Below, piece after piece: positions 25,600 to 35,659 of a DNA stretch of 64,000 bases. Position numbers and translations under genes: made by a program. The stretch covers positions 19,716,001 to 19,780,000 of the forward strand of contig OY740797.1 in the NCBI GenBank assembly GCA_963514005.1, given 5' to 3'. The stretch is from Raja brachyura. Taxonomy: Eukaryota. The stretch's first letter is position 1, and every line of letters starts with the position of its first letter. The notes under the pieces were generated by a model, which worked only from the letters and a program-made list of their open reading frames with translations, did no database searches and was not told the DNA's origin.

Positions 25600-26092
25600 T
25601 CCATCACTGTTGCATCATAGCTGCAGTGGATCGCGTTGATGGAAATAGACGGGCGGCGGCGCTGACTTTAAAATCGGGTGCCTGGGATCTGTCGCCGAGA
25701 TCGCCAGTTGTGGAACTCCATCCAGTGCCGCCTGTTCACTTGGAAGCCGCGGTCTCCGGTAAGGAGGTGGCCGTTCCAGGCACCCCAAGCCACTGAGAGG
25801 GCTCTCCCGTGGGTCGGAGCACCATCACCCGGCGAGAGGGCCAGAAACATCGGGCCTCCATAGCGGCGACTGTGGAGGCCTCAATAGGCCAGACCAAGGG
25901 TGGACATGAGGATGGGGACTGGACTTTGTGCCTTTCCCTACAGTGGGAACCAATGTGGGGGGATGTTTTTATGTTTTAATGTTAAACTTCTTTGTTAAAG
26001 CTATGTTGTATTTTTATTAGTGTGCTGTAAGGACATCTGAATTTCCCCTGAAAAGGGGATTAATAAAGTATTTATTATTATTAATTATTATT
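25600..26092 (+). mobile_element. Unclassified non-autonomous retroposon-like repeat
   Basis: CpG-rich body ending in gaatttcccc...ggggattaataaagta plus (tta)n, a LINE-type hairpin/poly(A)-signal/microsatellite 3' end. Confidence 0.4.
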
Positions 26093-26194
26093 CTATATTG
26101 CAATTCCTTCAGCTACTTCCTATCGAGGAGTATTGTCAGGCGATATTTCACTTGAAGGGGCAATCATGGAAGATGACCTACCAATTTGAAGGTT

Positions 26195-26640
26195 GAAAGG
26201 CTGAACAAGTTAGGTCTTTATTCTTTGGAGCGCAGAGGGTTAAGGGGGGGGGGGGGGAGTTGATTGAGGTCTTTAAAATGATGAAAGGGATAGACAGAGT
26301 TGATGTGGATAAGCTTTTCCCCATTGAGGGTAGGGAAGATTCAAACAAGAGGGCATGACATGAGAATTAAGGGACGGAAGTTTAGGGGTAACATGAGGGG
26401 TAACTTCTTTACTCAGAGAGTGGTGGCTGTGTGGAATGATCTTCCAGCAGAAGTGGTGGAGGCAGGATCGATTTTAACATTTAAAAGTAAAGTGGATAGG
26501 TGTATGGACGGGAAGGGAATGGAGGGGTATGGTCTGAGTGCAGGTAGATGGGACTAGGGGAAAATAAATGCTCGGCATGGACTGGAAGGGCCGAGAAGGC
26601 CTGTTTCCGTGCTGTAATTGTTATATGGTTATTTATATGA
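26195..26640 (+). mobile_element. CR1 LINE 3' end
   Basis: QTRGHDMRIKGRKFRGNMRGNFFTQRVVAVWNDLP followed by the gggccga.aggcctgtttccgtgctgta tail. Confidence 0.88.
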
Positions 26641-28590
26641 TTATAATTTTACACGGTATTTAAAGAATTCCTCAGTTACAGTTGCTCAGTTATGTTGCAG
26701 TTGCTCAAGACATTAGTGAGGCCGCACTTGGAGTATTGTCTTCAGTTTTCGTCACCCTATTGTAGTGAATGTTATTGTTGCAGAGATGATTTGCGAGGAT
26801 GTTGCCAGGAGTAGACTGGGGAGGTTGAGCACGGTAGGACTTTATTCCTTGGAGCGCAGGAGTGATCTTATACAGATATATGATCATGAGGGTAATTGAT
26901 AGGGTAAACGTCTACTCTGTCAAACCTTAAAACTTCCATTAGGCTACCCAATTACATTGTTTATCCATGCAGCCAAGCCTGAATCAATGTTTTATTTCTG
27001 GATAAGTATTGCCTCATTTTGTACACTGTACTCCAGTTCAATCCACTTACCTTATTCTTTTCTGCTTTTCAATTCTGTCTAAGTAAAAATGAACAGTGCC
27101 ATGTTCTTTTTATATGGCCCCATTAATCTCTATTCATAGGTTTGTGTATTAATGCTCCCAAACACCTTAGCTCATCCAATAACTGGATATTATTTGGTGT
27201 TTATCTTTCCAGGAATGTGGGCATCATCAACAAATCCAGCATTGATCATCCGTTGCCCTGAGAAGATGGACATTATCCGCAGGCCTCTAATTACTGCATT
27301 CCTTCATTGAATGAACTCCCACAATGCAATTGGGAAGGAAGCACTCAGATTTAGAAGTAAACCTGATGATGAAATCATTTACCATTAGATTTAAACAAAT
27401 CTGACATTGAGAACTACAACCATTTTGTTGCATTTGATTATGGCTCGTTTATACTTTCAATATCCATCCAATTTCATTTAATTTGCAGTTGAAAAGGTAT
27501 ACATCAAGGGATACTATTACAAAAATGATGTCAATGCATAAAATGGTTAAGTTACAACTTATCTGTTATAAGTCATTAAGTCGTAAATTCAGACAAACTG
27601 ATAGAGCATATTTAATAAAGACTCGATATCTATGCAATCGATTCATTGCTCAAAAATATATTCTAAGAATTAATTTCTTACCGATATCATTTTGTGGAAG
27701 AAATTAAAAATTTAGAATGAGTTAAATCTGGCATAAAATTAGATCTAATAAACACCAGTGATAAATAGATTACACCGTTTGAACTTTTAAAACATTTCAA
27801 GGCATAACTCTTTCCCGTCAAGATCATAGACAGTTTATTTTTCTACTCTCATAGTTTATTTCATACCACATTTGAAGTTTGTCAGTTTTGCATTTATATA
27901 TCTTTCTGGAAGAAAGGGACTGAAAAAATATACAAATTCAAATGGATGCAACCTAATAGTTACCAGCATCTTTATATCAGATCTAATTTCGCATATTTAT
28001 TATAATTTAATTGGAAACGATTTGTCAGGAAATAACTTTTTCCAATATATGTTTTGAGCAGTGGATTAAGTTTATAACCTTTGCCTCATTTGTGAAATAT
28101 TCTGCACTAATTAATTTGGATTCAACATTTGTGGTATAATTTGAATCAGGCAGGCGGGTTGCAGACATCGGAGTCATGGTGACTTAACTCTTTAATCACC
28201 AGCCTCAGGCACGCTGAGGTGATGGAATGATGGGAGAGCGCAACATTCAATGTTGGCACCGCCCAGATGGAAAAAGGTCATGATGCTAAATTGCAGAAAT
28301 GGATTGACAAAGTCTGTCGTACTTCGCTGAAGCCACAAGGTGGAGCCCGCCTCTCATGCAGTGAAAAGAGGCTCCCTATGGCAGATAAAAGCAATTTCTT
28401 TTTTCTGATGAAGGATGCAGAAGAGCTAGACATCAGTTCGGAATTGGGATTTGGCCTTTCAACAACAACAACATCAGGAAGCATATTTTTATTTAGGTCT
28501 TAGGATTTAGTGCAGCTTTTAAGACTGAGATTGTGGTCTGGTTTGGAGTAAATAGTGCAATTTTCAGTATAATACGTTTAGAATCAGTCA

Positions 28591-28696
28591 GGGGTGGGAG
28601 ATTGCAACCTTCACGTGGTTGTTTCGACGAATGCAATTAACATGGTGGTCACGTGATCTTGCAACTTTAGGCTGTGAATGCCGTACACAAGAAGAG
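28591..28696 (+). mobile_element. HDV-ribozyme short retroposon, internally deleted copy, antisense in the gene B 3' UTR
   Basis: Begins exactly at GGGGTGG; TSD GA(A/T)TCAGTCA at 28581-28590 / 28697-28706; lacks the CCGCCC of the P1 3' strand. Confidence 0.8.
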
Positions 28697-28713
28697 GATT
28701 CAGTCAGTTGTTT

Positions 28714-28723
28714 CTAGCATGAT
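28714..28723 (-). CDS. Gene B last coding exon ((G)SC*)
   Basis: ctttgtttctttaacag|A TCA TGC TAG after an 80-nt intron. Read-through of the previous exon would also stop immediately (GGG TAA). Confidence 0.5.
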
Positions 28724-31700
28724 CTGTTAAAGAAACAAAGCATTTAAAGTTTATATCAACTGAATTATTGTGATACGCGTTTCTCGTCCCCTAACGGTCT
28801 TACCCGTTTTCGATCACATGCTCGGAGGTCTTTCCATGTTCCTCTCTGTTCATAGTTTGCTCTGATGTCTCGACCAATCGGTCAACCTTTACCACGGAGC
28901 CTAGATAACACAAATTAATTGGGTGCTATAGTGCAGATTTGGGTGCTATAGTGCAGATTTGGCGATCGTGAGGTATTTTGAATGTTAACATATTTTCTTA
29001 CACCACTCTTATTATTATTATGTGCCGACAAGATATCCAATGGGCGCCGATTCCCAATTGTCCATTTTGTGCTCCCGACTAAAATCGATTTGTAGCCTTT
29101 GTATCCAGATGGGTTCGAAGTCAAGGCGAGAGAATCACTACTAAATTATACTCTGAATAATACTCTGCATGTCAGTTTTGAAGACATTCCCAACGCTTCA
29201 TCGGACAGGGATCAGCCTCGGCTGGGCTCCACCCTTCAGATGCAAAAACAATGAGATGGGGACCAATTCGGGCAGATGCAGAAATCATAACATTCAGCGG
29301 AGTCCTGACTGTCCACAAACATGAAAGAAGGAACGGCGATAGTGCCGACAACTTTTAAATCAAGTGATTGGGAAATAACCAATTTATCCAATATGCATTG
29401 GCCCAAGATAAGCAGTTGCACAAAGCTGTTACTTGAGGAAGAAAACCGCTGCACGTGGCGACATGTAAATTACAACCGCTCTCATTTATTTTCCTATTAA
29501 TATAATTGTTTTATAACAGTTCGATTAGAAGACGGTATTGTTATCCTCGATATTAACGATGATGAACAATTTATTTTTCTAAGCTCTTTCAATGCTCTCT
29601 TTTGATTTGGGATTTTTATAAGTGAATTTGGAACACTGGTGATAACGGAGACTTGACAGAATTATTGTCCTCAGTGAGTCTGGGGATGGAGAACTGATAT
29701 AATTCTGTACCATTTGGGGGATCACGATCTTGTTATTAACAATGTGTAAATTGTGGCCAAATAGCATCAAATGACGTAGCGACATTTGATTCTCCGCAGC
29801 ACCATTTTACAGGAAATTTGAAGTTGAACTCTAGAAAGAAGCTTGATTCACCTTTGGCAGAGCTTGATCCAAAAACAATTCGCAAGGTAGCCAACACCAG
29901 TAGAATGATCAATGTACCTCCTACATTGCGAAGGACATGGACAACGCGAGCCGAACCTGCAGACGTAAAACATCATTGAGCGATAAGACAATTATCTCAA
30001 GTGAATGAACAAACTATAGAATTTTATTTGTGTAAAGAGCTTTATCAAGTGTCACTATACTACAAAAATATCCAAATAAAATAGCAACATTAGGCAAATG
30101 GACACTGCACAAAATAAACGCGAGATCTTGCTTCCAACATGAACAATATTGTTATTGCATTAAATGTCAACGAGTGATACATTTCCAAGTCAAGCTAGTG
30201 TGCGATTTGGAAGACAGCCTGCAGGCCATGGTGTTCACATGCACCAGCTGCCCTTGTCCTTGTTGGTGATCCAACCAGTCCAGAAATCTATCAATGTCAA
30301 TCCTCCCTTTTCAAACATCCTCAATGCTTCGAGGTAGGGAATTACAAAGAGTCACACATTCCTGAGTAGAGTCATTGTGTCACAGAATGATACAGTGTGG
30401 AAACAGGCCCTTCGGCCCAACTCGCCTACACCGGCCAACAATGTCCCAGCTACCCTAGTCCCACTTACCTGTGCTTGGTTCATAACCCTCCAAACCTTTC
30501 CTATCCATGTACCGGTCCAACTGTTTCTTAAACGATGGTACAGTCCCAGCCTCAACTACCTCCTCTGGCAGCTTGTTCCATATACCCTCCACGCGAAAAT
30601 GTTACCCCTCGGATTCCTATTAAATATTTTCCCCTTCACCTTGAATTAATGTCCTCTGGTCCTCGATTCCTCTACTCTGGGTAGAATCTGTGTATCTACC
30701 CGATCTATTCCACTCATAATTTTGTATACTTCCATAAGATCTCCCCTCATCCTCCTACGCTCCATGCAATAGAAACCCAGCCTACTTAACGTCTCCCTAT
30801 AGCTCACACCCTCTAGTCATGGCAACATCCTCGTAAATCTGTTTAAGAAGGAACTGCAGATGCTGGAAAATCAGAGGTAGACAAAAATGCTGGAGAAACT
30901 CCTCGAAATACTCTTTGAGGTCATTACCCATCGGTGGCTCCGCACAGATGGGACCGCTTTTATCCCCGAGAGGTCCCACTCTCTCTAGTTATCTTCCCCC
31001 CCCCCCTTTATTTATAAAATCATTTCGGATTTTCTTCTATGGTACCCGCCGGGGCTATCTCTTGGCCCATTTTTGCCCTTTTTAGTTTGCTCCTTAGTTC
31101 CCGAAACACCTACAGGGATGCACGTCCCAACTGCCTGTACCTGTCCCATGCATCCTTCTTGTTTTTGACTAATGTCTCAATTTCCCTTGTCAGCCAAGCT
31201 TCCTTTCGTTTGCCTGCTTCGCTTTTCACTCTAACGGGGACGTACACATCCTGAGCTCTCTTAAGTAAACTTTTAAATACATCCCACTTGGCCGATGTTC
31301 CTTTCCCCTCAAATAACCTGCTCCAGTCAACTTGTGCTAGACCTTCTCTCATACCCCCAAAATAGTGAAATATCGCAACATTACAAAGTAAAATCCCGAC
31401 ATATATAAAGAACGTGTACCTCTATCTCCATCTCACTGATTGTGTCCTTTTGATGATTTTTTGTTTGCTAACACCCCTGTCAAATGCCTTGAAGGTTTAG
31501 TCACGTCACAGCACTATAAATATTGAAGATGCAGATATAATTCAGAAAACAGATTATAGCATATGCGTCAGTTTGCCCGAACTCCCGCGGTGAATAAACA
31601 CGGTTCACATTCAGCCCTTCTCGTCGTGTTTGACCTGTATCCAACAACATTTATAAATCGGATCTGAGGTCTCCCTCTGTTCCCAGCTCTGTTTGCGAGT

Positions 31701-34700
31701 CTTACCTGGCTTGACGGTGTAGTCGACTCTGGCCGGGAGCGCAAGGGAGACATGTGACACTAGGCAGGTGTAAATAACAACGCGCCAGGTAGGCTTCGTT
31801 ACTTCGAGAAAACTGGAAGCCTCATACAACCCCTCCACGCTACTGATATTCACAGGTTCTTCCCCGGTGTAAATTGTTACTCCATTTCTTTGCCAGAATA
31901 TCTTGACTTCCTTCGGAAAAAAGGCAGCCGTTTTACACACAAGTCTGGGCGGCGAACTGCCTTTAATTGGGCTAATGTTCGGGGGAGTTGGCGGCGCTGT
32001 AACAGAAGAAGAAAATATGTTGAATATTTCCTTTCCATTGCCTCGTCACACCGCGACCTTGGACTCTCACTATCAGATCGGTTATCGGTACAATCGCTTT
32101 TACGCTCACTGATTTGTCATTGTTTTCGATTTCACCTTATTGTGGACAGTGAAATATATCCAAGCAATACATAAGGAATCCGAGGTTTGGATGTAGGTAA
32201 TATGCGGGGTTCTGAACAATGTTCTGAAGTGCCAAATCAGGAGCTTGGCGGGGGGGGGGGGGGGGGGGGGTGTATCATCGCTGGTAACAACGTTTTCTGT
32301 TCAGTTCAAAAATGACCGTTTTTTCGCGATTTGGTGCAAAGAATGATACGTGTAGAGCGGAATATCACAGAGACACACAGCACAGCACTGAGCAGCCCAG
32401 CTGACCTACTGCGTCATCAAACCTCCATCTCCATTTATTCAATGTTCATCTCCTATCAACTTTCCTCTTCACTCCTCACCACGACCAATCAACCGGGACA
32501 ATTTACAGAGTTTTCCTACCAGCCTGTGGCATGCGGAATAAACCGGAGCAACGGAGGAACGTCTACGCGTTGAAGGGGAGAACTATATATGGACGCACGC
32601 AGGATCTCGGTCGAACTTGGGTCGCTGAAGTTGTGGGCAGCGCTAACCAATGTAGCACTGTATATATCTAGATATCACCAATATCAATAATCAAGAGGCA
32701 GGCCGTAGTTGCATAGATGAGAGCTTGGTCCACACTTTAGTACCTTGGGGGGGGGGGGCTCAAGTGATACAGCTTTTGGCCCGGGAGGCTTCTCCACAAC
32801 GCTTAACTGCGCCATTTGAAGGCATGATAGAGTTACACTAATAATTATTAAGAAGGAGCTGCAGATGTCTGAAGAATGGTCTCGACCCGAAATGGCACCC
32901 ATTCCTTCTCTCCATAGATGCTGCATGTCCCGCTGAGTTACTCCAGCTTTTTGTGTCTATCTACTGATAATTACGATCGCCGTGCAAATATTAGACGCTT
33001 CGTCAATAAGTACAATACGCGAATGGGAAATCCAAACTTAGACTACGTCTCTTCTACAATTTGGCATTTTCCAAATGTACTCGGTTTGCTGAAGACGTTT
33101 GGTCCGAATAAGATTTCACTTATATCAGCTCAGAGTGGGTCATTTGCGAACGCTGATCTACCTCCGTCGGATCTACAATCAGTAGGTAGCTAGTAGGAGG
33201 CCTCATGTTAAATCGCTCTGCGAGTTGATGACAACTTTACGAGTTTATCATCGAGAATAAATAATTGGGGGGAAACGTGGGGAGACTGAGGACTGAGTCC
33301 TGTAAGAATATAATTGTAAGGACAGGAGCCCTGGCGTTTGCCCCCAAATGCCGTTAAATCTTACTCGTATTTTACAAAGGTTTACAAAGGTTACAAAGGT
33401 ATTTAAACGAGAATCCTCGGAGACGGTGATATTCTGCCCCTGGAGTAAGAATCCATCAAATCAAACCTCTCGGCGGTTTATAGGATTCATCTGTATAATA
33501 ACCATGGTGGTTTGATACGGGGTTCAGCTTTGTTTACAGCCGACGAATAAAAGAGTAGAATATTTAAGGCCGAGGCCGCTCCGTTCTTCAAATCAATCGT
33601 GGGTTGTTTGTGCGTCGGGTCTCTGTGTCACAAACCCTGTTGTCACAAACCCAACGATACCCAATCCAAATGAATATTCTAACATCCCGATCTCGAGAGA
33701 TCAATTTATTTTCTTCTTTCCAGACTTTAAGTGAATAAAGTAACAGATTTCAGAGATAATTTGTAAGGTGGCGCGTAAAAAGCGAAAATTATGTGTGAAT
33801 CAATATGGACTGTAAACACTATTCTTGTGAGATTGTAACCACTATTGGCGTAGAGTGGTGGCGTTTGAATATTGTTTTAAAGAACCTATCCAGGATGGGG
33901 GTGTTATTCCGTTGTCTTCGGGAGCAGAAATGGGACATTCGTATCACAACTAAGATTAAAATATCCACGTGGCTTCAACATTTTCCATTTTCCATGAAAA
34001 ACAATTCGAAAAAAACTTGTAATCTAAGTCATTTGATTTACTACATTCAAACACACCATGGGGTAAATAAAGCGTGAATCTGGATCTGGGTCGTGGGCAA
34101 TAACGCGAAAGTGGACAGCGCGAATCTACAGGAGTACACTGGAAAATTAACTGGAGAAGTACGAAATGAGGAAAATAACATTTTCTCTCTACACAGATGC
34201 CGACCCACTTACGGATTATTTAAATGTATCAGATTTGGAACGGTTTGCTTTTATAGTATAAATCTTATCGAGTTTTTGCCGAGTTATAAAATGTCATGTT
34301 ATTCATAATAGCGAGCTTTACCTGTACCCCGTGCACTTACCGAACACAGTGAGCCTTGAGCCAGGTCCATCTCCGATAGATTGCTGCTGATGTTTCACTT
34401 TACAATAATAAACCCCGGAGTCCGCTACACATGCATTCAGGAGAACAAAATCCGCACTGCCCTTTTTGGTATAAATTATTTTTCTGCTGTCTGGTTCTAT
34501 AAATGTCTTCTCGCCCCATCTCCACCAGTAAACATCAGGAGTAACTTGTTGTATTGAGAATGTGCAGAACATGGAAACATTGGCTCCTCTGTGGACGGTC
34601 AGGTCTTTCGGGAATTGGTCCACTTTGGTTGAAGTTACTTCGAAGGCTGCCAGAAATTAAGCAACAATACTGAAAACAGTTGGCCATCCGGACAAGCAAT

Positions 34701-35102
34701 ATGAACAAAGAGTTAAAAAATTCAAAATATACTAGAATCGGCCATAAACTAATTAAGAAGCACTGTAACTAAATTCGTGATTGGTAACCAACATTCAATA
34801 TTCTAAGGAGATACAAGGAACTGCACCCACTGGTTTACAAAAAAAGACACCGAGTGCTGGAGTAACTCAGCGGCCAAGAGTCTTCTTTAGATTCTGAAGT
34901 AGTTTCGACCCGAAACGTCACCTATCCACGTTCTCTTTAGATGCTGCCTGACCCATGGAGTTCCTCCAGAACTTTGTGTCTTTTTTAAAATAGAATATTA
35001 TAAAACATGACATGACATTCGGAAACCCCACATGTATCTAAAAGTACCATGCCAAACTGTAGCCAGAAGAGTCATGCATCGAACTGATGCTCCAAACGCC
35101 AT
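28714..35102 (-). CDS. Gene B: intact leader-VJ-C1-TM(Arg)-short-tail IgSF receptor, 287-aa spliced model
   Basis: Exons 35102-35048, 34646-34341, 31996-31706, 29956-29852, 28900-28804 and 28723-28714 total 864 nt in one open frame, all GT-AG; candidate AATAAA at 28493-28488. Confidence 0.88.
28804..28900 (-). CDS. Gene B cytoplasmic exon
   Basis: tttgtgttatctag|...|gtaaga; phase-1 open frame GSVVKVDRLVETSEQTMNREEHGKTSEHVIEN, hydrophilic with no Tyr. Confidence 0.65.
29852..29956 (-). CDS. Gene B transmembrane exon with intramembrane Arg
   Basis: ttttacgtctgcag|...|gtgaat, 105 nt, phase 1-1; GSARVVHVLRNVGGTLIILLVLATLRIVFGSSSAK. Confidence 0.82.
30365..31360 (-). mobile_element. CR1 fragments in gene B intron 3
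   Basis: CR1 3' end (~30365-30840) and ORF2 piece MREGLAQVDWSRLF...KWDVFK (31110..31352). Confidence 0.82.
31706..31996 (-). CDS. Gene B Ig C1-set exon
   Basis: cttcttctgttacag|...|gtaaga, 291 nt; APPTPPNISPIKGSSPPRLVCKTAAFFPKEVKIFWQRNG...GLYEASSFL...YTCLVSHVSLALPARVDYTVKP. Confidence 0.93.
34341..34646 (-). CDS. Gene B Ig V-set exon with germline-fused J-like strand
   Basis: ttaatttctggcag|...|gtaagt, 306 nt; VDQFP...MFC...VYWWR...DSGVYYC...GDGPGSRLTVF. Confidence 0.93.
35048..35102 (-). CDS. Gene B leader exon
   Basis: aaaATGG Kozak context; MAFGASVRCMTLLATVWH + G|gtactt, 55 nt. Confidence 0.82.
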
Positions 35103-35109
35103 TTTGCAA

Positions 35110-35220
35110 AATGAGGTGGTCGCTTGCTGCAAATGAGGATGTCTCTTCAACGATTCGTTTAATAAATAGTATTTAATGACGCCAGATATCACGTGACAGT
35201 GCAGTGGGTTTCATATTTAG
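35110..35220 (-). promoter_or_regulatory. Putative proximal promoter of gene B
   Basis: tgcaaatgag, E-box ATCACGTGAC at 35188-35197 and agtgggtttca, all conserved with the gene A upstream block. Confidence 0.4.
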
Positions 35221-35659
35221 TTTTATTTTAAGGCATCCCATCTCATATCCCAGGTGAAACATTTATGCTTGATGTAGAATGTTCTCCTTGACTTCCCGGG
35301 AGCACTTTAGCAACACAATAAAGAATCCCGAGAGCAGAAGTTGTCACTAATTGAATTACACAAACAAAATGGAGACACGAGGAACTGCAGGTGTTGGGCA
35401 TTAATGAAGTGCCCGAAACGTCCATATTACCGTTGTACTACTCCAGTACTTTTTTTACACAAACAAAATTCCGTGTTTTACTAGTTTTCTCTTTCCGCGT
35501 AAATTATTTTTGTACAAAATGCAAGCTATCCAGCACATATAGAGCAAATGGATCCCTCTGATCTGCTGTGTTCCTTCAGCAAAGAACAGAATGCTGGAGG
35601 AACTCAGCGGGTCAGGCAGCATCTGTGGAAGGAATGGACAGACGATATTTTAGATCGCG

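Noticed and set aside
28917-28961. Short tandem duplications (20-bp unit here; also ~42331-42370, ~56238-56276, ~33372-33400)
   Set aside because: Only two or three adjacent copies without spacers; ordinary slippage, not CRISPR-like or otherwise structured arrays.
34345-34351. RSS-like heptamer CACAGTG at the end of the gene B V exon
   Set aside because: It arises from the L-T-V codons, is in the wrong position for V-J joining, has no evident spaced nonamer, and is not conserved in gene A.
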